Program-made: the position numbers and the translations under genes
NCBI GenBank assembly: GCA_965113315.1
Contig: OZ220368.1
From: Podarcis vaucheri
Taxonomy: Eukaryota
DNA length: 64,000 bases
Strand: one strand, 5' to 3'
Notes under the pieces: generated by a model
The model's input: the letters and a program-made list of their open reading frames with translations, nothing else
Databases searched by the model: none
What the model was told of the DNA's origin: nothing
Shown: one piece after another, positions 1-13,800 of the stretch
Layout: every line of letters starts with the position of its first letter
How positions within the stretch are numbered: the stretch's first letter is position 1

Positions 1-2023
1 AACAGAGTGGGAAGGTGAATGGGGCAATAATAAAGAAAACTTGAATAGTTTAACTGTTGGCAATTAAGCTGGCTCCAATCAAGAAAAAAGGTGATGAGTG
101 TTGCTCTGAAAGAATAACGCTTGCCCATAAAATTAATCCCAAGTGTTATTATTTTAAAAGATATTTGTGGCATATATCTTCCCTGCACCTTCTATATATA
201 GACTAAGTTCATATTCTTCCCATTTCCAAAGTGTTGGCTGCAAACTCCATAGTGGTATCAAACTTCCTTTAGTAGCTTCCCCAAGGTGAGAAAAATGTCT
301 AAGCCCTCACAGACCAAGCTAGACAGAAACATCAGCTCCAGAAGTACTTATTCTTGTGCTGGAATTTAGAAAGGATAGATGCATGTGATGCATCGTATGT
401 TCCTAATCTCATGGTGAGATAGAAACCAAGGAAGGAAGCGATAGAAAACGTGGGGATTTTTCAGTGTCTTGTTGACTGTCCATGCAGCTGCTCCTGATGG
501 CCTGGTGGAGAAGGACCACATAAATCACTATTCCATATGAACATGTTGTGGGAGGGGGGCAGTCAAGGTAGAGTCTGTAGTTTAGGACTCAGTAACTGGA
601 GAGTCTGCCATTTCCGCTTGACTTTCTATAAAGGAGTTGCAACACTTCCAATATCACTTGGGTTGCATGTGGTACATTCCTTGGTATTAGATGTCAGGGG
701 AAAGTGGACTGAATATTTTCAGTGGATGACTATCTACATGGGATAGTATTTCCTTTACAAATAAGACAGCTCTCTCTCTCCCCCCTCCTCTCTCTCACAC
801 ATACAATTTCTCTCACACATCCCTTAATTGAAATCTGCAGCAACCCCAGCCCCTCAATTATTTGGAAGGTTTGGAAGAAAGAGAACATCTCCATTTTGAA
901 TTTAGATGTTGTACTATAAGGAAATATCTGGTATAATTTAAAACTCAAGATAAACTGCTTGCAGGTTTTCGTTTTACCCCAAATTTCAGAATTAAATTAT
1001 TTAAATCTTAACCAAAACAATTAATCATACCAAGGTTATCTAGTCAATAGAAATATGCACTATTGATTACTATCATGATCATAATTGTGTTAATTCTGCG
1101 TCAGTTTGTTTACAATTGCAGCCATTAGTGCTCAAACACTTAGTGTCTTGCTCTTTGAAGGCAAATTTACAATGAGTTGTTAAAATCGGACCAATGGAAA
1201 TACGGTTTGTCTTGTCTACCCCTAAACAGTAAGAACAAATATGAAAATTATAGCATCCTAAGCAGTCTGATCTGGAAGCCCCATATAATCAAAGGGACTT
1301 ACGTCTGTTTAAACAGAATCAAATTCAATGGGGCTTATTTCAAAGTAAGTGCGCACAGGGCTGCTGAAGTATTGAATAACTGAGCACAGGACTGTAGGTT
1401 CAAACAGCTTGCTTTAAAATACCTCTCTGCTTAAAGTTATGAGGCCACAAAATAAACATTACAATTTAAATGTAAAAGCATGTGAAAACTTTTCTTGTAC
1501 ATCTGTTAAATAGGAGGTACTTGAAGGGAGGCTGCGCGGGGGAAAAGCAGACAGCCAAGCGGCTTTCTACTGCCTAACCAATAAAAACAGACCCTGAAGA
1601 GTTAAAATATTCTCCGAGTTGCTGGTGTACTTTCTGTGACCTTGTTCAATGCGGAGAAGGCTTGAAATCCAACACAGTTTAACCACTTCTATCCATGTAG
1701 CTATAAAGGAGAGCCCTTACCAAACAGTGCAAATGGAGAAGTCAGCAAGAAAGCAGACAGTGCTCTCACAGTCTGAGTCCTGGAATATATCGATTTCATT
1801 ACTGAGGGTAAGTTCACATGCTTTGTGAACATGATACAACTTGCAGTTTTCTGTGTGATGAACTGCAGCTACTGTTTGCTTGCTTGTGAAAAGCCATTTC
1901 TCAAACAGACCATCTTTAACCTCTTGTATCAACTCACCTCAAGCTGGGGGAACGATAAGGTCCACTCATCCATGAGAGCAGTCCCGTTATGACACCTTCC
2001 ACACCAGCAAGTTATACCCCAAT

Positions 2024-2485
2024 AGAGGGGTGGCAAACCTGGGGCCCTCTAGACATTGTTGAACTGCTACAGGCCCTTTTTAAATTTTATTTAACGAAGT
2101 CTGTATACTGCTTACTCAATTAAAACAAACCTCTAAGGGGACTACAAAGGGAAATTTAAAATATTCATTGAAAGTACCAATAAAAACAAACCAAGTCAAT
2201 ATATATACATTTTTCAAAAATGAATTAAAATCAGTAATCCTAAAACCATTATCTTTAATAAAATTACATGCTTGGGGCAGCTTGCGGAAACAAAAAGGTT
2301 TCTAGCAGGTGCCAAAACCAACACAGCAAAGGGGCCAGCCTAGCATTGGGAAGGGAGCCCCCCAAAGTAGGGTGCTATCACATTGAAGTATTGTATCACC
2401 TCTGACTTTTGGCTCTGTTGGCTGAGGCTGATGGGAGATTAAGTCCAACAACATATGGAAGACTCAGATTAGCCACCACTGCTCT
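2024..2485. mobile_element. hAT-type MITE interrupted by a decayed LINE 3' fragment (about 2075-2400)
   Basis: The two ends resemble the two halves of the intact MITE at 41212-41338. The insert begins with a T-rich tail, consistent with a minus-strand LINE 3' end. Confidence 0.5.
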
Positions 2486-5144
2486 AATAGCTATAGTTTG
2501 TAACATGAGATGTGGTAGGCTCAGAGTGCAGTAAGCTTATGGTGGTGAATTTGTTGCAAGGGCCACAATTAAGGTTAGTTTCTGCAGGCTACTCTCCATA
2601 CAAGTATGTTGCTACATGTCACAATTTGCTATTGTGGTTTTGGTAATTGTCACCAGACCTGCAAACCGGGAAAGGGAGGGGGTGTTTCGCAGTGAAATGG
2701 TGAATATCGGCACAACTCAGTGGTAAGCTGCTTCCCACAAACTACTTTCCACACTAAGCTAAGCAACAGTTGAACTGTCATCTTACCAGAAAATGGTATT
2801 TAAGACCATTGGACACAGGCTGTATTCCATGTGTGAAAATGGCAACAGAATAAAAACATTGTAGTAGGTGCTATTAGGTCCATGTTGTATGTTTCAATTT
2901 TATGGAGGAAGAACAGAATTGCCGTTTGTCATAGGTCTTCATGCTAAATGATTATATTTGAAATTTCAATTGTCAAATGAAACCAAATGCTTCTTGCTCT
3001 TGACCTTTAAAACATTGTACGGTAACCATTACAACATTCTAAATAAAAGCTATGGTTGTCCTAAACACAAATTCCTCTTGTTAATTCTTCCCTTCCTCAT
3101 GATTATGGGATATTAAGTACAGCCTTAATATTTTTCAACATCTGGCTCAAATTAGTCGCTAACAAAACTGCCAACAACTATTTTCGTAATTGACAATTGG
3201 GAATTTGAAATGGCCCAGAAAAAGCACATTCAGTGTCCTTGTCTAAGATTAGTCTTTAAAAAATGGTCAAGCTTCTGATTCAGCTATAAAAAATGCCTTC
3301 GTAGGGTAGGGTTATTCCAACTTCACTGGGGTCAAACTAGTGTTGGCTGAATTCTTGATGCTCTTGGTGGTTTTTCACTTTTATGTTCCACTTGACATTG
3401 GAAACAAAATCTTTAAAGACATTTCTTTGACCTCCACAGTATCTTTGAGGTAACTTTGTGTTCTGTTAGCCACTCCTATGATCCCAGTCTCATAAATAAT
3501 TTTTCTCCCACCTGTAGAAATCAGATGTATTCCAAAATTCTTTCCTCAGTTCCTTTGTTAAAGTTCTGAATATACTCCGTATGCATCAATATGTTACACT
3601 GAGCAGCACTGAGGTTTTTGTGAAACTTTTTACTCCCTAAATACATATACTGAATATCAGTATAGCAAACCAGTTGGGTAAAAATATCCAGGGAATCTTG
3701 GGTCAAGTTATCTCCTGTAAAACACACACATACACACACGAGAGTATGTAGGTATTTTATAACGGGGCTTCTCTAATTTGATGAAGTAGCCAAACCTTCC
3801 TCTTCTTTGGGTGAAATTAGAAAATACCAGAAATGACTCTTTGGGAGGGATGTGTGTGTGTATAAGGAACTGCTTGTGGAATTTTTATTGCTGTGCAAGT
3901 GCCACAGCAGCTGCAATGAAGATGCTTGGTCTGATAATTTATGGGTTTTCTGTGCAGTCGAGAAATCATGAATCTTGGCGAAAGCACCAGAACGCAGAAT
4001 CATTATCTTCCATCTCAACCTAGATTCTGTGCTCTGTTTCCTCTAATGAATTCCTGATCCACTGGGTCAGGACTGTCAAAGGCAACATCACTTCCATATG
4101 TAATAAAGCCTTTAGAAACTGCTCTGAGTATCACCTGGCCTAACTGACGAGGTGCTGGAACAAGCTCAAACTCCCAAGTACATTTAAGTATATTTAATCA
4201 GACGTATGTTTCAATTATCTGGACATATTTCCAAAGTACGTATGCTTATAGCTAGCCTTAGGCTAGTTTTTAGAAATGTTAATAATGTTGTTTTGGGCAC
4301 TATCCATCACTCCTATTCCACTGGAGCAAGAGGTTTGAACCTCTTCTCCTTGGCAGCCCCAAACATGTCTTCAAAACCAGCTCCAGAGCAGAAGGAGACA
4401 AAACTGAAGTAGGGCTGTAACAGTGGAACTCCATTCACACTACTTTGGATACAACCATATATGTCTCAGTTTGAGGGCTTTAAAAACAATTTAAAAAATA
4501 ATCTGTAAATTTGGGTTAACACAGCATATGATGCATGAAGCAGCTGCTTTTAAAATATGGCTATTAATTTAAATGATCTAATAAATTCAGCTGCTGACTG
4601 TCATGTTTATCAAAGAGAAAAAATGGCCCTGGGGTTCTTCTCTTGAAGATACAAAGTCCCTCTTGCACAAGAAAACAGTGGGCATGGTATAGCTCAGAAA
4701 GAGGGGAAAGATTAGTGTTTGAACACGTATAATGGCATGTGATGTACCGGTAAGTGTAGAAAACGGGGCATTCTATACATTTTGATTTCCCTTATGGAAA
4801 TGACCACAAGTGACCAGTGTCTTGGCTTGCCATAAAAGACCCTGAAAAAGTTGGCTGCAGGAGAAAAAAAACAATTCTGTGTGTCAGAAAGAAAATTGTG
4901 AGTGTCAGAAAGACAGAATTAAAGTTTATAAGATTGAATTTGATTATAGCATTGTTGCCACAAGATTTTTTTGGAAAAACAAAACATACAAACAAATACT
5001 GGCAATGACATTTCACTGTTACTCAGACCATGAAGATGAACTGACTGGTGGAGAGACACACGTCACTTTCCGTAGCAACACCAAAGTGCACCAAAGAGTT
5101 AACAAGCAGCACAGCAAACAAAGCAGAAGTCGAAAGCTTCCCAC

Positions 5145-5236
5145 CTGTGTCTGTTGAGGGATATTTACAAAGCTTGGATCCCGTGGTCCAACAGTGACGA
5201 ATCGGTTTGCAGGGGAGGTGCTGGGTGTCGAGTAGG
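5145..5236 (-). CDS. NFIA: NFIA coding exon (exon 10), 92 nt, likely cassette exon
   Basis: Encodes TYSTPSTSPANRFVTVGPRDPSFVNIPQQTQ. Acceptor CCCTTCCCTTCACAG|, weak donor CAG|GTGGGA, phase 1 to 0. The terminal SWYLG* exon was not found in 1-5144. Confidence 0.95.
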
Positions 5237-5651
5237 CTGTGAAGGGAAGGGACACATGCGTTCAGGAAGCAGCACTAGATCACAGACAGACAACACCAAA
5301 AACAACACCGGTCTTGGAGCCACCTAAACAAATGCTGAACACAGAAATGAGCTCATGTTGGAGGGGTCAAGAATCTGACTTGGGGAAACTGGGTTTTGAA
5401 TGATGGCAATATAAATATGGACATAATTGGGCAATAAGAAACAGTATTTCTTATCAACACAAAATGGCATGGTAAAAAAAAATCTGGAGTAAGACACACA
5501 AACTTTAGTGAAATAATTATGAAAAACAAACAATTTAAAAGAAGGGAAACCATTCATTCTATGGAGACCAAGCCCTTAGTTACATCACTTTCTTCTAATA
5601 TAATTGTTGATATTAACAAGATGGTGCCCATAGCTTTCAAAGTAACAGGCA

Positions 5652-5742
5652 CAGGGTGCAATCCTGTGTTCTCACTTGAGAGAAAGCCCCATTGTGCATA
5701 ACGGCACTTACGTCTGAGTAAACACACCAAGGATTGTGCTGT
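5652..5742. mobile_element. Short palindromic MITE (gcaatcct...aggattgtgc family)
   Basis: Imperfect fold-back of about 90 bp. Related decayed copies lie near 1320, 31390-31490, 34050-34090, 34437-34530, 34677-34765 and 63668-63730. Confidence 0.6.
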
Positions 5743-8700
5743 AAGCCTTACAGAAGGTTAGTTAAGTCATCCAAAGATGCAGTGTGATTAAGCAGCCAAT
5801 ATACAGTCGTTGGAGAACTGCCATGATTTTGTGTGAGCTTTTCATCAGAGTACTATTGGACAGATGGCCAACTGTTCATATCCCATTAAACAATAAATTT
5901 CAATGGAACTACTTTTTTTTTTTAAAAAAAAGCATTAGCACAAGAATTAGACACACATGATGTCTGATAACGCACATAGTATGTTGTGTGTACAGTATCA
6001 ATCTAGCTTCCTTATGCAATGTGAAAGTTCTGCTTAAAATCAGAGAACCACTGCCAACCAGAGTAGACTTCCCGTCCCAAGGTCAGGAGGACTGTGAATC
6101 TGGCCAGCATCAGGAAAAACAACAACAATGGGACATGGTAGAACGGAAGGCACTATGATCTACCAGCAGAATGCTGTACTATGGTATATTCTACACTGTT
6201 CTATTAAGGTACATTATCCCACCTCAATCAACTGCAAAGCATCCCCTTGCAATGGAACAGAAGAGCTGGTTGAGAACAGGGCAAAATCTTATTTGCAGTG
6301 CTCAAATGCTCTTCAGGAGTCAATGTTTAGAAGGGGCTTTATTGTCTCCTGACCACAGGTGCTGTAAGTCACATTTTTATATAAGTTTCCAAATATTTAT
6401 TGCATCTATAACAATAAGTTTATAGCAAATTTTGAAGTCAAATCTTAATTATTTCTTTTTAGAAACTCTTTTTCTATTTCTGAATGTGTTTAGCAGCCAT
6501 ACTGTAAACATCGTCTATCGCATTAGGCTCTTTGTAAAGAAAAAGTAAATGTAGAGCAAATGGTCTCAGACCATTTACACAGCAGCAATTCATTTTGGCC
6601 CATCTGAAGAAAGCTTCTGAAATGAAGATATTTTTAACATTACACTTGGAGATCAAAGTCACAAACTTTTTTCACCCTCAGGATCATGCTTCAAAAGGCA
6701 TGATTATTAGAAAAACAGGAATAAAAAGACACAAGACAAAAGGAAATGTAATTTACAGGCTTTACCATTTCCAAACCTTCCCATCGCCAAAGTGTCTCCT
6801 ACACCATTCAGGTAACAAAGGAATTACTGACTTCAGACTTCAGGTAATTACCGACCTCACAAGTCAATGAAGTCAACAATACTGATCTGCACTAAGTCTT
6901 TGAAGGTTAAGTATATTTTGCCTTCTAAGCTGTGTGAGATGATCGATAGACACATAGCTCTAGTGCTGCTGTGATGCAATAGAAATACCTGTTTTTTCTG
7001 TTTTTATTAGGAGTATATGACCCATATTTCCTTTTGCTATGCAATAGGGAGAAGCCATAGCTCAGTGGAACAGCATCTGTTTTATGCATATAATATCAAG
7101 TGCAACGGATGACATTCCTAGCTGAATTATCCCACGTAGCAGAACTAGGAAGGATCTTTGCCTCAGGCCTTCTAGAGTTATTACCTATCAGAGTCTGCAA
7201 TATCAAACTTGAAGTCTGAACTCAGTATATAGAAAGGTGCAAGTCACAAGCAACTTCTTCAGTATGAATTACTTTTAATTTTCTGTGGTGTGAAGGGTAG
7301 TCTTCAAATTCCTTACTTTTCTGGGAGAATGATTACTGTCAAAGAACTGGAGAGTCAACAAGGATAAATGCTGGCAAAGCAGAATTCCAGGCAGCAGTAA
7401 TCTAATACAGCGTGCAGCTTCTTCCTCACAAGAAGGAAGGTATGTATGATATGAATAGCTACACTATTCTGATATGACTGGTGCTAACACTTAACTCCCT
7501 TCAAACACTTTTTTTTACTAAGATGCAAACAACAGAACTTGACAGGACACATCTGAAAGACCACAATTTTGCACTAGATCAACACCTTCTACCATAAAGC
7601 ATGCTGCAAACATAAGAAAATGGGCTTGTGCCAGGAACGTGCTTTAAGTACCAAGGCCCCTGCATAAAGGAAATGAAAGATCAGCAGCATTTTACAGTTG
7701 TGGAAGAAGACCATATTCTTCTAAGAGACAAAGGGCAAGTGTCTGGTAAACAGATCTGCTGGCCTTGGGGGCAGATTCTATCCGCTCACCTGATTTTAAT
7801 TTTCCTCTTCTGCATGATACATCTACTATGTCCAATGTTAATTTATTACTGGTTTGTGATTATGGGAAATTCCCACCTGCAGCTCGCAGGAAGATTCTCA
7901 GGAGGTAAATGTGGAGCAGCCTGTATCCTTGCATCAGACTCTACAGCTGTTCAACTATGGAAATTGGTCTGGACTATAGAATTCAGCATCCTGGGAATCA
8001 TTTATTTATTTATTTAAAACCTGAGTTTCTTGCTCATAACGGCAATGAAGACACGTCTGGAAATTTGCATGGTGAAATTCAAGAAGCTCAAAGGGAACTA
8101 ATAAGGACTACAAAGAGTGGGATTTCAGGTCTTGCATAGCTTCATGCCTAAACAACTAGCAGAAGCTGAAATAAATTATGGACAATGTGAAAACAGGCTG
8201 AATTTATGCAGGTCACAAAACTGTGCTATTAGGTATTTTGTAAATTGGGTCTATTTTACATACGCACATGTGAAAACCCACTTCTCCAGGCCTATGCATA
8301 AAACAGAGCAAAATAAAACTCTTGTATCAAGAAAACCCAAGCTATGCATAAAGAAAAGATATATTCTGATGGTTTTGCAAGTGGCTGCTTCACACAAATG
8401 TTTCACCACAGGCAGGCACAATAATATTTCAAGCAGATTATTATGTACCCAGGATTCACCCACATTAGCCCAGTATGGAAAAACCCTTCAGCTAGATAAA
8501 CTTTTACTAGATAGCCCTAGGAAGACATGATCCTCATCTTCCTGCCTGCCAAAGTAGGTGCTTATCTCAGTTTAAATAGTGTTTTTTAAATCTTCCTGTT
8601 GTTAGTATACGATTAACAGTTTACACCCACTTGGAGAGGAAAATAAAAATAAAGCCAACATGCGGGAATTCTTTATTTACTCATATGGACCTAGACACTT

Positions 8701-8896
8701 TTGAGAGCCAATGTGTTACACTGCAAAGAACATTGGGCTTCAATGAAGAGGCTGTGGTTTATCCTTTCTTTGCTCAGCTAACAACTTGACTGTTAGACCT
8801 GGATGACACATAGTTTCTTATGCTGATTCCAGACTGCAGCTATATAAGAGATATCGCTCAGTTGGTAGAGAATGAGAGTGTTAATCTCAGGGTTGG

Positions 8897-9372
8897 ATAC
8901 TGAGATTCAGCTATGAGGCTCTTCTGGCAGTTCCCTCATTGTGAGAAGTGAGGTTACAGGGAAGCAGGCAGAGGGCTTTCTCGGTAGTGGCACCCACCCT
9001 GTGGAATGCCCTCAGATGTCAAGGAAAGAAACAACTATCTGACTTTTAGAAGACATCTGAAGGCAGCCCTGTTTAGGGAAGTTTTTAATGTGCTACAATT
9101 TTTTATAGAGGCTGTAAGCTGCCCAGAGTGGCTGGGGAAACCTAGCCAGATGGGTGGGGCATAAATACTGTATTTACTTGAGTCTAGTGCTCCATTGAAT
9201 CTAATGCACACCTTAATTTTCAGAACCTTGAAACCAAAAAAAGTATTTGCTGGTGAATGCAAATGTGCCATTGAATCTAATGCACACCTTAATTTTCACA
9301 ACGTAATTTGGCCCAAAAAAGGTGAGCATTAGATTCAAGTAAATACGGTAATAAAATAATAATAAAAATAAT
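8897..9372 (+). mobile_element. L2-type LINE 3' fragment
   Basis: Translates QRAFSVVAPTLWNAL...TFRRHLKAALF, typical of an L2 ORF2 C-terminus, and ends in a (TAA)-rich tail. Confidence 0.7.
9168..9348. mobile_element. Tc1/mariner (Tc2-like) MITE
   Basis: TIRs ctgtatttacttgagtcta / tagattcaagtaaatacgg, TA on both sides, internal duplication of ccattgaatctaatgcacaccttaattttca. Confidence 0.8.
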
Positions 9373-10364
9373 TAGGGGTTTGGGCTAAAAGATTCCTGCA
9401 TTGCACGAGTTTGGACTAGATGTCCCTTGTGGTACCTTCCGACTCTACAATTCTATGATTCTTTAGTGCTGCAGTAATGTTACTTTTGCTCAATAGGGTG
9501 AAAACAGAATTCCATCTGTGGGTCCACACATCCCCTAAGAAGTGTGCAACTTCACAGCAGTCTCATAATTTTGCAGCACCATGGCAAGGCTAAAGTTGCT
9601 GCTCCCTTACTGAGTAGCAAAGGGAGATTTTAAACTTCTTTACACAGAAGTGAGTCCTATTCTGTTTTCTAAGGACCATTCAGAATTGCAGCCTTCACTC
9701 AGTGAAGAGTTTTCCTTTGTGGATTAAAGCAGCTCCTGCTTTTCTGCAACAGAATATCCTTGGAATTAAATAGTGAACATGTGTAATGCATCAAAGCTGC
9801 TTCTAGAAGCAAATATTACTCTACTGTATTGACCACTGCTGTAGAACAGAAGAGCCCACTATCACTGCTACCTGTATGAATGATTTAGATCATGCTTAGA
9901 TCTCTGCTGCAAGGTAACTAAAACCAATGATAATGGTGATGGAGGTGGTGGTGCTGATGGTGGTGCTGATGATGATAAAGAATTTTACATAAAGAATACT
10001 GTCAAAAAGTTTTTTAAATCAACATAACCAAAAATCCACAAATTATCAAACAAAATCCCCAAAACCCAGGTTAACCATGTCTCAAGATTCTTGACTATAT
10101 CATGTTTCTGTGTGACAATTAATATAATAAAGAATTAATAGCAAGGGGAAAAGAAACACAGAAAACAAGGCATTAAATTCATCTGCTGTTATTTTTAAAC
10201 ACACTCCAAAGCCGTGCTGTATCTTCGTGAGGCACAGGATATTATAAAACATTTACCAAAGCAAAAAAACCGTTTTGGGAATCTATCTTACTTCTGTCCA
10301 GAAGGAATTAATGTTTGCTTTTTGTTGCTGTTGTGGCCTTAATGTGTGCTCTTAGTGTGCACTA

Positions 10365-10862
<498 letters not shown>

Positions 10863-13800
10863 CTATTCCCAAGATTTGGGTGGCCCTTGGGAACAGCATT
10901 GGATATGGTGCAGGGAACTGCAGATGGACAATCAAGTTTATGGAAGCCACTTCTTTGTTAACTGAAAAAAGGAGAAACTTATCAACTCCCCCACCCCCTT
11001 TTCCTTATATGAAAACTGAAGGCATCAGGCAGATTTGGACATATGAGCCTCAGAAAGGCTTGGGCTTGTGTGCTCCCCTCTCCTCCTATGCTGTGGCTTC
11101 AAGAGCAGTAAGGAAACTTTTGCTTCCATTTTAGGCTGACCTTAGTTTAGTATGTTGTCCAAACCCTATACTTGGGGTGATTTCAATTATGGCAACTCGA
11201 AACAATACAGTTTCATAAACTATGGTTTGAAACTGGTTTGTTTTAGCTAACCACAGTTAACTTTAACCACCATTTTCTAGATTTGGACAACAGACAAATG
11301 GCAGTTATTCTAAAATAGAAGTTTGAGTTTCCAAAATAGCAGTGGGAGTTTCTATTCTTCTCCTCACTCCCATGCCAGAGGAGAAAGAGGTGCATGAACC
11401 GAAAATGTGTTGCAGCTCAAACCTCCTTGGTTTGGCATTACTTGCAAACAAGGTCATTGCCTTCTATTATTTTCCTGGAAGTTTGTATCTTATGCACAAG
11501 AGCAGATCCCTGAACCGATTATAATAAAAAACCTTAAGCTGCATCATCTTTGCAGTGACAATATTCTTATAGCTCTACTGTTGTTAATCTTCACTAGGAC
11601 CTTGGATTTGCCTCTAAGAGCTGGGGCAACCTCCATACCAAGGTTTCAAATGGACTTAGGCCGCAATCTTCCAAATTACTGAAATCAATTCTGGGTTTAA
11701 GACTGCAACCTTACATTATACATTATTTTTACTAAGAAAATAAAACTGACATCACATTTTGAAATAATCCCAACTATTCTTTTAATAATTAGCCATCGTT
11801 GATCCTCATAAGAGCTGTACAGCTCAGAGTTTCAATTTTTTAATATCATTCTGTTAGAAAACACAATCTGCTTTGTTTTAAATATTTAATATCATATGAT
11901 GGTACAAATATGCACCATGACACAGCTGAATGAGAACAAACTGTGAATGAATCAGGTGGTTTGATTTTGTGAAAAATGCTGACAATATTCTTTAGTATTC
12001 TGTAACTGGATGAAGATTAAAAACTCTTTCTTTAAATGTAGAGAATATGCATAGTGGAAATGTTTAGTTCCAGGATGCTGCAGAATGCATATTTCACATG
12101 GGATCTGAAGCTTAAAACATGCTAAATCCATTTAATTCCTTTGAGAGGCTTTGTTGACTTCAAGGAATGCTATTACTCACAAGTTTGCAAGGCTATGATA
12201 CTGTTCCGAAGTGACTCATAAGAAATAATAAGTCATAAGTTCAGCCAATTTTTGTGGCGTTAGGTGCTTAAAGAAGTGGTGTAGCCAGCATCATACCAGA
12301 CCACTTTGACTTCCTGTATCCAGTGAATGAAATCTCCTGAGTAGAGTGAAGTCAATCATCTGATTAATAATGACTTAAAGAATATAGCTCTACTGCTTAT
12401 AAGCAATGGGTGGTATCCAATTGATTCTCCTTGTGCTACTCCTGGAAGAGTCATCTGGTGGAAGAGGAGAACAATTTTTTTGAGGATTACCCTTCTCTAC
12501 TGCAGTCCTTAGTATCTCCCACTCTGATCTGGGCAACCAGAAGTCCCTCAAAGTAGATTGTGGGAAGAGAAAGCAGTAGAAGTTCCTCTAAATTGGGTTT
12601 TACTTTCTAGTAAATGTGTAGTCCAAACTTCAATATGTTTTTCCACTTTTGCCATATCTTGTGTAATCTCCTGCCCAAGCAGAGACATGAAAACTGCTAC
12701 AGAAGAACCTACTTATTATAACACTGCATGCACTCTTAAATATTTGCAGAACTGCTTTAGTGGATATTGTTTTTCTGCTTATGGCTTTTAGATCCAGCAT
12801 TATAGTTTGGATCCAAAGCAATGCTGTTGTTGTTTTATCAGGTTCAGGTAACAAACTGGGTGCTAAAAGCAACTGTTTACACTGTATTATACATATTGGA
12901 AATGTAAAGGATAAAAACAACTGGGGAAATCATTACTCTTCAGTTGTGCCCTACTGTTCGCAAGAAAGCCAAGAATTATTTTAGATAAGGTTGTACACAG
13001 AGTTAATCATTTCTGCATACAAATGGAGTGTTATTCCAATAACCTGAAGATAATTACTAAGTTTGACAAAAAACAACAACCTGAGATTGCTCAACCAAAA
13101 ATCTTGGAGCACTATTTAATTTTTCAGAGAGATAAGGAGAAAAGATAACAATTCTCAGGAATAACAAACTATAAGAATCTGTACTTTTATCTTCTTGAGT
13201 TCAAGTACTGGTCAGCTTAATCTAAAGTGCTATAAGAAAGTCATTTTTTAAAAGAAAGTGAATGTGGCTGATCTGAAACAGCTGTTCCTTACTCTCCTGT
13301 CTAAAGAAATAATTAATAAAAATTACAAGGTATTTTGTTAACCTTGGAAGTGCTGAAGTCAGAAAGCATGAAGCTGAATCTTTGGGACCACGGCAGGTGA
13401 AAGTCTTCCTAAAGGATGAATTAGAAGTTCAGTTCACACAAAATGCTGTTATACTGGATGTTGGGTTGGGATGCCACCAATTACTGTCATTTTATTCTCA
13501 ATTACGGTAATGCACTCGAAAATGTGGCTGCCTGTAGACTTGATCCAGAAGCTAGTCCAGAACATGACTGCTTGGCTGCCAACTGGAAGAACCTATTGCC
13601 TGTACTGAGGGCACTACATAGCTGCCAATATACTACTAGGTCAGATTTAAGTATTGGTCTAAACGGTCCTTAATAAATTGGGGTTCGGGTTCCTGAGGAC
13701 TACCTTACTTTCTCTATATTGGTATGGTCACTGTGCTCATGAGGGTAGGTTCTTTTTGAAGTGCTACATGCCACTGAGGTCACCTATGTGGTGACATAGG

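Larger units (their letters stand above)
8848..9462 (+). mobile_element. tRNA-derived SINE with CR1-like tail, split by nested insertions
   Basis: Head gctcagttggtagag...ttaatctcaggg (8848-8896) and tail aagattcctgcattgc...ctctacaattctatgattct (about 9373-9462) together match the uninterrupted copy at 58781-58930. Confidence 0.7.

Noticed and set aside
1-5018. Search for the terminal NFIA exon (SWYLG*)
   Set aside because: No matching sequence seen; it presumably lies left of the window.
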